Origin: Candidatus Aegiribacteria sp. | GTDB lineage: Bacteria > Fermentibacterota > Fermentibacteria > Fermentibacterales > JCC-6 | Assembly (NCBI GenBank): GCA_023138735.1 | Contig: JAGLOY010000064.1 | Location: 15,567-79,566 of the forward strand | Direction: 5' to 3' | DNA length: 64,000 nucleotides | Part shown: positions 37,701 to 45,684 of the stretch, in pieces | Layout: the number at the start of each line of letters is the position of its first letter | Numbering within the stretch: the first letter of the stretch is position 1 | Notes under the pieces: generated by a model | Told to the model about the DNA's origin: nothing | What the model saw: the letters and a program-made list of their open reading frames with translations, nothing else | Databases searched by the model: none | Translations under genes and position numbers: made by a program

Positions 37701-38400
37701 TAGAAAGATACAGCTTGACCTGCTTCCGGACAGCCCTCCCAGTCTTGAGGGTTACGATATCGAGATTTTCTACAGGCCCGCCAGCGAGGTAGGAGGCGAT
37801 TACTACGATTTCTTCCATCTTCCAGATCGTAATCTTGGACTGGCAGTGGCCGATGTAGCAGGGAAAGGCATACCGGCGGCTCTTACAATGGCAGGGCTCA
37901 AGGGCAACCTGGTAGCCTACGTACAGAGTATCTACTCCATCAGCGAGATAATTCAGAAAGTTAATGAATCCTCCGTTCTGGGGGAGGGTGATCCTATAAT
38001 GACCGGATTATTCTACGGTGTGCTGGATCTTGACTCGGGCAAGCTTACTTATGTTAACGCAGGACATAATCCACCGCTTCTTGTGAAGAGGGAGGGAGAA
38101 TCTCAGTGGCTTGAGAAGGGTGGGCTTATAATGGGTCTGTCGGCCCAGGCAGAATACGAGCACGGAACAGTGAAACTTGAATCAGGGGATGTGCTTATCC
38201 TCTACACAGATGGATTGACAGAGGCCATGGATTCAGCGAATTTTGAATTCGGGACAGAGAGACTCTGCGATGTTGTTCTGGAAAACCGTGATCTCTCCGC
38301 GCACCAGATATCAAGCGGGATACTGGATGCTGTTAACTCCTATTCAAAGGGCTTGCCGCAGGGGGATGACCAGACCCTTGTGGTTCTGAAATACAGGTGA
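34786..38400 (+). CDS. 1204-aa multidomain PP2C/SpoIIE-type phosphatase with N-terminal P-loop NTPase and HEAT/PBS-lyase-like repeats
   Basis: It has Walker A GSLGAGKTT. HEAT-like repeats (EVRMAVAGTLG, DPYVRLGALSGL, DVRLEIISGL, NVRMEVIRLV) are present. The C-terminus carries GGDYYDF...ADVAGKG...LYTDGLTEA. Confidence 0.75.
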   Translation: MNSFTLSVVFESRELPGGVRDILITDAELLIPPRWADEIQISSVDTSIPDALLLVISGPLSPKLRNIYYNCFRHAVPIAGICFMNLPEDDDAVQDLLNKAICWKFSSANEGRELLRNEIQSWLRSLNREFFPYPEGNDLLQSYGDIDVLSVDMDSLEKARKVITERGFVCLSGSLGAGKTTIARKLLVEASLDNLNPIELITRDLYFREVVQLLTGSEDCAVFLDLDTLRRMVDIYPSRLWASVISLMTRATESRHRLILATSSPEIARIFDSYGDAHVRLPEPSTYRKWRLDQGREALKWFRRLPALEKAELLLLAAFDPVVAEAVFKRVLFRLLDRLIVQEDKRFPSNEELEELYSKSLAAGGADPFRRVYGSDEVYITVSDSVRMWAIDRGIRELLEKDAPVIRAFADTLIGSEEPGVRRAGYFLASFYKSLSDEVKAKLLLHIASEKSRTVLTDVLNMLLSSADHTDESIISMYRIMMAKGNTEVRMAVAGTLGRQWVLELPAFGDLVNAAVNDSEPGVRGQFIQDLTMWGMSEKCGKIYRDFLEDDAYEVRQGLMLYIGSKFPGLDPREFDVLNEVLEEGDPGLMTTLIMGLLDRKLEEFNQEFNDLLWVLMDRLPPGGKGRLAWRIGARLRFFSSEVRKSLRTDPAEEDILQVSRCMLMNYSSLDHEERENLWELIHERIAFSREFASMVLGYYTIMDPRIRINLLIEVLISDHYGGREALSQLICLGRTDLIDASVDLVAHILETGEFKKRAALPFFILWNERDLGEPVSGFIAEFWMDSSSYVRKSLVNAIRSLGIRTNLTFNVLCTLALDDKRAVRAAVARTLGEFENDESDDLDLTLKELLDDEDPYVRLGALSGLLSNVAISDVKLLPVVMSAFDDSASDVRLEIISGLRSHPELYSISDVDVKLADMFTDPDRNVRMEVIRLVTETPELLASDIIRTRMPDILLNRFSAGHAISEELNMARKIQLDLLPDSPPSLEGYDIEIFYRPASEVGGDYYDFFHLPDRNLGLAVADVAGKGIPAALTMAGLKGNLVAYVQSIYSISEIIQKVNESSVLGEGDPIMTGLFYGVLDLDSGKLTYVNAGHNPPLLVKREGESQWLEKGGLIMGLSAQAEYEHGTVKLESGDVLILYTDGLTEAMDSANFEFGTERLCDVVLENRDLSAHQISSGILDAVNSYSKGLPQGDDQTLVVLKYR

Positions 38401-39173
38401 TTCGGATTAATATTCTGTTCCTGCTTTCAGACTTTGGAGCATCAGACACCTATGTCGCCCAGATGAAAGCGGTGATATTCTCGGAGTGCTCCCGTTCCGT
38501 TGTAATAATCGATCTTACGCATGATGTTAAAGCTGGTTCCATCAGTGAAGCCGCTTTCCATCTCTATGTTTCCGCGAAACATATTCCGGCGGGTTCTGTA
38601 GTGGTGGCTGTCGTCGACCCCGGTGTGGGAACCGCCCGCAGAGGGGTGGTCTGCAAAGTAGAAGGTGTTTATTACGTAGGACCGGATAACGGTATCTTCG
38701 GACTTCTGCCCCTGATCGGAGCCTGGAAACTTCCAGATCCGCATGCAGAGTCGAGCAGTACGTTTCACGGAAGGGATGTTTTCGCACCTGCCGGGGCCAG
38801 ACTTTTGCTCGATCCGGGGTGGGTTGATTCTCTGGAACCGATTGACAAAGAAGATCTCGTACCGTCGAATATCGAGATGCCGATACCGGTGGATGACGGA
38901 TTGAAAGTAACGGTCGCCCATATAGATGTATTCGGCAATATCATTCTCTGGTTACCCCTGTCCAGTGCATTTCGTCCTGCTTTCCTGCAGCTCCCCTGCG
39001 GCAGGATTGAACCTGTCACTGAGGTTGAAACCTACGACTCCCATCCCGGTATTCTCTTCCTTCAGGGCAGCGGGGGATTAATTGAAATAGCTGTCAGCTG
39101 CGGATCTGCATCCGAACTTCTAGGATTGAGCGCAGGAGACAGGATTCTGCTTATTAAGGAATGTAACGGATGA
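38397..39173 (+). CDS. SAM hydroxide adenosyltransferase family protein (DUF62, fluorinase/chlorinase-like fold)
   Basis: The DPGVG and FHGRDVFAP motifs are present. It has a GTG start overlapping the upstream stop (GTGA). Confidence 0.7.
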   Translation: MIRINILFLLSDFGASDTYVAQMKAVIFSECSRSVVIIDLTHDVKAGSISEAAFHLYVSAKHIPAGSVVVAVVDPGVGTARRGVVCKVEGVYYVGPDNGIFGLLPLIGAWKLPDPHAESSSTFHGRDVFAPAGARLLLDPGWVDSLEPIDKEDLVPSNIEMPIPVDDGLKVTVAHIDVFGNIILWLPLSSAFRPAFLQLPCGRIEPVTEVETYDSHPGILFLQGSGGLIEIAVSCGSASELLGLSAGDRILLIKECNG

Positions 39174-40315
39174 AGTATGTCAGTCTGCTGCTCCATATGT
39201 ATCAGCCTCCAACTCAGGATATCTCTCTGGTGGCTGCGATCGACAAGGAATGCTACACACCTCTATCGCGATTACTGAGCAGATCGGGAGCCAGAGTTGC
39301 GGTAAATATCAACTATTCCCTGACAGAACAGCTGGAAAAGCTGGGGTCGCAATCCCTTGAACACCTGGCGAATGCTGCGAATCTTGAATTCACCGACTCC
39401 GGGGCTTACCACCCCATTTTCCCTCTGATAGAAGAGGACGATGTAAGAAGGCAGCTCAAAATCAACCGGAATGGTAATCGCAGGCTTCTGGGAGAGAATT
39501 ACAATCCTTCAGGTGTTTTCCCCCCCGAAATGGCTTACTCGCCGAAGCTTCCTTCGATATTCGGCAGTATGGGCTATACCTGGACGGTGACTGATGATAT
39601 CCCATTTGCCATGGCGGGCAGAACCGTTCCCTACAACACCATTCCTGAAGTGGACGGTGTTGCTGTTCTGCTCAGGAGCAATTTCTGGAGCAACAGGATA
39701 TCCTTTCACGGTGAGGACGGCTCGGGAATGGCCGATGAGATAATCGCCGGTATGCACAGCTGGACAGGATCCGAAGATGCCTATATTCTCATCGCTATGG
39801 ATGGAGAGACCTACGGTCATCATAGAAAGGGAACCATCGAGACATTCTTAGCGCCTTTTCTCGAAACCTTTGTGAACTGTGAAGATGCCGTAATGGTAAC
39901 ACCCGGGGATCTGACCGGGATATTTCCGTCTGTCCAAACCTTTGTTCCGCCTGGCAGCTGGTCAACTACTCCTGACGACCTTGATGCAGGCAAACCCTGG
40001 CCTTTGTGGGATGATCCCGATAACCGGATTCATGTTTATCTGAGGACGTTACTACGCGATGTGAGAGATATTGCGAGGCTCTGCAAGTCAGATGGGGTTG
40101 CCTCACTGGCCGATAAGATGTTATACTCGTGCCCGTTTTGGTGGGCTTCTGAAGGTAGATTCAATGCCGTGCAGGTCCGCCGCGGTTTGCTTATAATTCT
40201 GGAGACAGCTCAGGCGATATACGCCGAAACCGGTGATCGCTCCATGATGGACAGGATCATGACATTATCCTGCAGTATCCCGGTGATAACCGGAGAGGAT
40301 GCATCTAATGCCTAA
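39170..40315 (+). CDS. glycoside hydrolase family 57 protein
   Basis: N-terminal LHMYQPP and MDGETYGHH motifs are present. Confidence 0.65.
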   Translation: MKYVSLLLHMYQPPTQDISLVAAIDKECYTPLSRLLSRSGARVAVNINYSLTEQLEKLGSQSLEHLANAANLEFTDSGAYHPIFPLIEEDDVRRQLKINRNGNRRLLGENYNPSGVFPPEMAYSPKLPSIFGSMGYTWTVTDDIPFAMAGRTVPYNTIPEVDGVAVLLRSNFWSNRISFHGEDGSGMADEIIAGMHSWTGSEDAYILIAMDGETYGHHRKGTIETFLAPFLETFVNCEDAVMVTPGDLTGIFPSVQTFVPPGSWSTTPDDLDAGKPWPLWDDPDNRIHVYLRTLLRDVRDIARLCKSDGVASLADKMLYSCPFWWASEGRFNAVQVRRGLLIILETAQAIYAETGDRSMMDRIMTLSCSIPVITGEDASNA

Positions 40316-40508
40316 GAAAGAAAGAACCTTTGCAGCCAAGCTGGCACACGAAGCCAGGACACTTCATAAAGATGACTGTCCTGTATGCGGCAATGAAAGG
40401 GTACCTGTAATACTCTATGCTGCCAAGTTCAATGACAATGGAGACTGGCGCCCGCAGAGACGCAGGGTCAAGCTGTGTGACTGCAACAGGAAAGAAATTT
40501 ACGGGTAA
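40308..40508 (+). CDS. small zinc-ribbon protein
   Basis: It has the CPVCG...CDC motif. Confidence 0.35.
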   Translation: MPKKERTFAAKLAHEARTLHKDDCPVCGNERVPVILYAAKFNDNGDWRPQRRRVKLCDCNRKEIYG

Positions 40509-40518
40509 ACAGACCCCG

Positions 40519-41406
40519 ATGGAGATTGAGGGGGTTCTTTTCCTGGCTGCCGGTTACGGCAGGAGGGATGAACCCCTTACTCTTATCCGTCCGAAAGCTC
40601 TGCTGCCGTTCGGCGGCACATCGGTTCTCCGAAGGCTGGCCGCGCAGGTCAACTCTGTGTGCCCACGTAGAATCAGAATAAATGCCTCAAGGTGTCCCGA
40701 AGCACTGATGGATGAGATATCTTCAGTTTGGCCTGCAAAAATGTGTGAACTATATTTTGAGGAGAGACCGCTGGGAGCCACAGCAACAATTGCGCGACAT
40801 TCGGATGTTATGGATACTGGTACCTGGATGGTCGTGAACACTGATATGATTATCGAGGAATTTGATGCACTCGGGTTGGTTGAGCACCACATAAATACCG
40901 GATCAACCTGGACTGTTCTCACAGGAAACTTACAGCCCGACAGTACTTATTCCCCTTTGCTGATAGATGAAGACATGAAATTCGGATGCGGCGGCGTCCG
41001 GAAGACGCATTATTGGGGGGTTAGCCTCATGGAACCATCAATTCCGGCTGCTGCTGCAAGGATTCAGGCTTCGGGAGGTATGTTCTCAGAACTTGCTTCC
41101 GTTGCGGTGGCGGACGGCAGCAGGCTTAATGCCTGCAGGGGGAATGGCAGGTGGCTGGACATGGGCAGAATAGATATTCTCCGCAGGAATATTCTATCCG
41201 GGGGTTCTTATGTTCATCCCACAGCGTGCATTTCCAGTGATGTCACTCTTAATGGTGTTTGGAATATCGGCAGGGGCTGTATCCTGGGAAGCGGTACCGA
41301 ATTGAGGAACAGTGTCATGCTTGATGGATCATCCCTCGAAAACGGTACACTTCGGGAATCCATACTGCCCTGGTTCTGCAGCAGCAAGGATGGTGAATCA
41401 GTATGA
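40519..41406 (+). CDS. sugar/choline-1-phosphate nucleotidylyltransferase (MurU/LicC-like) with C-terminal hexapeptide-repeat region
   Basis: LFLAAGYGRR...KALLPFGG is present. Left-handed beta-helix repeats occur near the C-terminus. Confidence 0.55.
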   Translation: MEIEGVLFLAAGYGRRDEPLTLIRPKALLPFGGTSVLRRLAAQVNSVCPRRIRINASRCPEALMDEISSVWPAKMCELYFEERPLGATATIARHSDVMDTGTWMVVNTDMIIEEFDALGLVEHHINTGSTWTVLTGNLQPDSTYSPLLIDEDMKFGCGGVRKTHYWGVSLMEPSIPAAAARIQASGGMFSELASVAVADGSRLNACRGNGRWLDMGRIDILRRNILSGGSYVHPTACISSDVTLNGVWNIGRGCILGSGTELRNSVMLDGSSLENGTLRESILPWFCSSKDGESV

Positions 41407-42404
41407 GAACAATGTCACCGGAACTCACCGTATGGCTCAGAAGCAGAACCGATAACAGTGTAACGACAAACAGGCTTCACGGAGATGTGTCGGGAAGGCG
41501 TTTCTGGCGTGTAACCTCAGGAGAGGAAACTCTCATCCTCATGGACAGTGGTAAGATTCCCATCTGGCCATGGCTGGATATTCATGAACTCCTTTCCGAT
41601 CACGGATTCAGTGTTTCTTCGATAATCGAATGCGACACTAAAAGGGGATGGGTTCTTCAGGAGGATCTGGGCAGCTGCAGACTGCTTGATGTGGATGATG
41701 ACCTGTATCTGAAGTATCTCAACGAAGCAATTGACATGATCATCACCATGCAGAAAAAACTTGACAGCAGAGCCTGCTCCGATTCAATAGCAGGCAGAAG
41801 AAGTTTTACTCCCGCATTCTTCATGGCGGAACTTGAGAATACCCTGGAAACTCTTTTTTTCCGGCTGCTTGAAGTCCCAATGGAAGAACTCCTCGTACTT
41901 CAGGGGGAGATGCGGAAACTCTGTGGCAGTCTATCGGATTCATCAGTATTCGTTCACAGAGATTTTCACAGTGCGAATCTCATGGTTCACAACGACAGGT
42001 TAACCATGCTTGACTGGCAGGATGCACGGTTCGGTCCACCCGCATACGATGTAGTCAGTCTTGTAAGAGACAGTTACCGGGATCCCGGGTATTCATGGGA
42101 GGACAGAGCCAAGAAATTCATTGTGGCCAAGGGCCATATGAACATGTTCCAGATCGCCCGGACAGCGTGTCAGAGAAGTTTAAAGGCAATAGGTACTTTT
42201 GCGTTGGAGTACCGGAAAACAGGCGATGCTAAATTCCTGGGCTACCTGCCCAGAACTTTCAGGTACCTTGCGGATTATTCCAGGATCTGTCCTCAGCTTG
42301 ATGATCTTGTTGAGAAGACATACAACATTCTGGATGAGTACTCCGGGGAGATAGATCTGAGAGAATTCAGATATTCCAATATCCCCGGTGTCAGGGAGAA
42401 GTAG
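41403..42404 (+). CDS. aminoglycoside-phosphotransferase-fold kinase (AmgK/LicA-like)
   Basis: The HRDFHSANLM and LDWQDA catalytic motifs are present. It overlaps the upstream gene by ATGA. Confidence 0.6.
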   Translation: MRTMSPELTVWLRSRTDNSVTTNRLHGDVSGRRFWRVTSGEETLILMDSGKIPIWPWLDIHELLSDHGFSVSSIIECDTKRGWVLQEDLGSCRLLDVDDDLYLKYLNEAIDMIITMQKKLDSRACSDSIAGRRSFTPAFFMAELENTLETLFFRLLEVPMEELLVLQGEMRKLCGSLSDSSVFVHRDFHSANLMVHNDRLTMLDWQDARFGPPAYDVVSLVRDSYRDPGYSWEDRAKKFIVAKGHMNMFQIARTACQRSLKAIGTFALEYRKTGDAKFLGYLPRTFRYLADYSRICPQLDDLVEKTYNILDEYSGEIDLREFRYSNIPGVREK

Positions 42405-43419
42405 TGATATGAACTCTGACCGTAAACGGATTTTAACCGGTGACAGACCGACAGGTCCTCTTCATCTCGGACACTTAGCAGGCTCACTGCAGAACAGAGT
42501 AAAACTCCAGAAAGAGTTCGAGACTTTCATAATCGTAGCCGATGTGCAGACACTGTCCACGAATTTTGATCACCCGGAACATCTTCCTGCGGATGTGAGA
42601 CAGGTAACGCTTGATAATCTTTCTGCAGGTCTTGACCCGGATATAGTGAGCATCTTCATTCAGAGCATGGTTCCGCAGATTGCTGAGCTTACAGTGTTCT
42701 TCTCGATGTTCATCACCGTAAACAGGCTCAGGCACAATCCTACCATCAAAACGGAAGCCGGGCAGCATGGTTTTGAAGAGAACATGACCTACGGATTTCT
42801 GGGTTATCCGGTGAGTCAGGCTGCGGATATTCTTTTCTGCAGGGCTGATCTTGTTCCGGTTGGCGAGGATCAGCTTCCAGTAGTGGAGGTTTCCCGTTTT
42901 ACAGCCAGAAGGTTCAACGAACTTTACGGCAACGTTTTTCCCGAACCTGCTGGATTGAAAAGCGAAACGGCAAGGCTGGTCGGTCTGGACGGCCAGGCTA
43001 AAATGTCCAAATCCCTTGGCAACTGCATATATCTCCGTGACAATACAGAGGAGGTCAGAAAGAAGCTGATGTCCGCTGTCACTGACCCGGCCAGAATCCG
43101 CAAGGATGACCTGGGACATCCGGAAATATGCACGATATTCTCATACCACATTGCTTTCAACAGGGAAGAGTCCCCGGACATTGAAGAACGCTGCAGGAAG
43201 GGAACCATCGGGTGCGTTGCCTGCAAGCTGAGGATGCTGCAGGTGATCGAGGGAATTCTTGAGCCTGTTCGGGAACGGAGAATCCGGTTCGAAAAGCCCG
43301 GACTCATCGAAGAAATACTGAAAAGCGGCACTGAAGCCGCATGTATCGAAGGAAGAAAGACGATGCAGCTTGTCCGGGAAGCGATGCACACAGATTATTT
43401 TGACCGAAGGAACCTGTAA
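42388..43419 (+). CDS. trpS: tryptophan--tRNA ligase
   Basis: TGPLHLGH (HIGH) and KMSKSLGN (KMSKS) motifs are present. The start may instead be at 42409. Confidence 0.9.
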   Translation: MSGRSSDMNSDRKRILTGDRPTGPLHLGHLAGSLQNRVKLQKEFETFIIVADVQTLSTNFDHPEHLPADVRQVTLDNLSAGLDPDIVSIFIQSMVPQIAELTVFFSMFITVNRLRHNPTIKTEAGQHGFEENMTYGFLGYPVSQAADILFCRADLVPVGEDQLPVVEVSRFTARRFNELYGNVFPEPAGLKSETARLVGLDGQAKMSKSLGNCIYLRDNTEEVRKKLMSAVTDPARIRKDDLGHPEICTIFSYHIAFNREESPDIEERCRKGTIGCVACKLRMLQVIEGILEPVRERRIRFEKPGLIEEILKSGTEAACIEGRKTMQLVREAMHTDYFDRRNL

Positions 43420-44852
43420 TGAAACTCTATAACAGCCTGACCCGTCAGAAGGAGGAATTTGAACCTCTTTCACCTCCCTTCGTGGGAGTGTATGTCTGCG
43501 GACCCACGGTATATGGCCACAGCCATCTGGGTCATGCCAAGAGTTATGTATCCTTCGATGTACTGATACGGTACCTGCGTCATCTGGAATACAACGTGAG
43601 GTACATACAGAATATCACAGATGTGGGGCATCTCACCGATGATGCCGATGCAGGTGAGGATAAGATAGAGAAGCAGGCAAGGCTTGAGAAACTGGAACCA
43701 ATGCAGATAGCGGAGAAATACACAAAATCCTACTTCGATGATATGGATGCCCTCGGTATTCTGCGTCCCGATGTGTCTCCAAGAGCATCAGGCCATATTC
43801 CCGAGCAGATAGAACTGATAAAGGTACTCATCGAGAAAGGTCATGCTTACGAAGTAGATGGCTTCGTTTACTTCTCGGTATCCAGTTTTCCCGGATACGG
43901 TAAACTGTCAGGCAGAAAGCTGGATGACCTTGTGGCGGGGGCCAGAGTTTCCATCGACCAGGGGAAAAGGGATCCGAAGGATTTTGCCCTCTGGAAAAAA
44001 GCCGGCAATGACCATATTCTGAAATGGAATTCCCCATGGGGCTGGGGATACCCGGGCTGGCATCTGGAATGTTCGGCGATGTCAATAAGGTATATAGGCG
44101 AGACGCTGGATATCCATGGGGGCGGGCTGGAAAACATATTTCCACATCACGAATCTGAAATAGCTCAGAGTGAAGGAGCGAACGGGAAGGAATTCGTACG
44201 GTTCTGGCTTCACAATAACATGGTAACAGTGGATGGCCGCAAGATGGGCAAAAGCCTCGGTAACTTCACTCTTCTGAGAGATATATTCCAGAAATACAAC
44301 CCCATGGTTGTCAGGCTTTACATCCTCAGAAGCCATTACAGGAGTCCGCTCGATTTCTCCGATATGGGTCTGGATTCAGCAAAGAGCGGTCTTGACAGAC
44401 TTATCGCTTTCCGGAAGCGGCTTGGTCACCAGCCTTTGGAAACCACTGCAAAATCCTCACAGGAAACCGCTGATCTTGTCGAATCTGCGAAGGCTGCATT
44501 CTTTGACTCCATGAACGATGACCTTAACACTCCCGGTGCGCTTGCTTCCATCTTTGAACTTATCCGGGCCGGTAATGGAATCCTTGACAGGAATGATACT
44601 CCCCAGGATAGGGCTGCTCTTGCCCATGTAATGGATGAACTTGCCGGAGATATCCTCGGTCTTGATCTTACCGGCAGTGATTCTTCCGCTGCGGACATAA
44701 GTGAGCTTTGCGAAGTTCTTGTTGAGACAAGGGGGGTTCTGAGAGAGAACAGGATGTTTGAAGCTGCTGACAGAATGCGTCTGAACCTTGAAGATATCGG
44801 TTATACAGTCAGAGATCTGCCCGGCGGGGAAAGCGAAATCAACAAAAAATAA
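43419..44852 (+). CDS. cysS: cysteine--tRNA ligase
   Basis: CGPTVYGHSHLGH, KMGKS and zinc-ligand Cys residues are present. It overlaps trpS by 1 nt. Confidence 0.9.
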   Translation: MKLYNSLTRQKEEFEPLSPPFVGVYVCGPTVYGHSHLGHAKSYVSFDVLIRYLRHLEYNVRYIQNITDVGHLTDDADAGEDKIEKQARLEKLEPMQIAEKYTKSYFDDMDALGILRPDVSPRASGHIPEQIELIKVLIEKGHAYEVDGFVYFSVSSFPGYGKLSGRKLDDLVAGARVSIDQGKRDPKDFALWKKAGNDHILKWNSPWGWGYPGWHLECSAMSIRYIGETLDIHGGGLENIFPHHESEIAQSEGANGKEFVRFWLHNNMVTVDGRKMGKSLGNFTLLRDIFQKYNPMVVRLYILRSHYRSPLDFSDMGLDSAKSGLDRLIAFRKRLGHQPLETTAKSSQETADLVESAKAAFFDSMNDDLNTPGALASIFELIRAGNGILDRNDTPQDRAALAHVMDELAGDILGLDLTGSDSSAADISELCEVLVETRGVLRENRMFEAADRMRLNLEDIGYTVRDLPGGESEINKK

Positions 44853-45124
44853 ATACCTCTGTCCCTGATTATTCCGGGGTCCATGTAACTCTCCCGGGGT
44901 AAATTGAGGCAATGGAGAGAATATCTCTCCTTCGTGTTCACTCCTCTTCAGACCCTGAACAATTTCATTCTCTTTGAGATACGTGCTGACGATAGATAAT
45001 CCTGTTTAACGTTTCGAAACTGGATTGCTGCTCAGACATCTGAGCGCTTGAGATGTATTCAGATTGATCTTAAAGTACATTGTGAAGTAAGCGGCAGCAG
45101 TGAAAACTGCAATGGGATATGCTG

Positions 45125-45460
45125 CTAATCCTCCAGCAGATCGAGAACTCTTCTGAGGAGGATCTTCTCATCGTTGATATTATCTATATCAAGCGGAAGT
45201 GTTGACAGAGCATCAATATACGCACGGATAATTGTTGCCTTTGTTATCCTCTGAGACCTGTGCTGTTTATCTCTGTTCTGTGTGATGGTTCGAACGATTC
45301 TTGTTAACAGCTCCTCTTGATCGGGTCTCACTGGAACAGTCAATCTGACGCTTGGGCTGCAATGATTCTGTATGTCAGAAATCTTTGAAATAAGACTCGA
45401 TGATTTTGCAGTATCTGTTTTCATATCAACCTCCGGGGGGGAAGATATGTCCTTTGACAT
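45125..45460 (-). CDS. hypothetical protein (possible DNA-binding, orphan)
   Basis: It is 111 aa. No homolog was recognised by eye. Confidence 0.3.
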   Translation of the reverse strand: MSKDISSPPEVDMKTDTAKSSSLISKISDIQNHCSPSVRLTVPVRPDQEELLTRIVRTITQNRDKQHRSQRITKATIIRAYIDALSTLPLDIDNINDEKILLRRVLDLLED

Positions 45461-45684
45461 CCCGAGTCAAGTGAAGTATGAAATTCCATAGTTATGAATT
45501 TGGGGTATTGACGCAGGGTTTGAAACGTTGTAAGGTTCTTGTAATAAAGAATAGGCAGGGCTTGTTAAAGGATTATATTGATGAAAAACACTAAAATACA
45601 TTATTATTGTTGTTCTGTTACTATCACCGATCTGGTGAGGAAATATCTAATGCAGGCGAACGGCAACCTGAGGAAAGGAAGATA

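Noticed and set aside
42484-43119. 211-aa antisense ORF inside trpS
   Set aside because: It lies opposite a highly conserved aminoacyl-tRNA synthetase gene.
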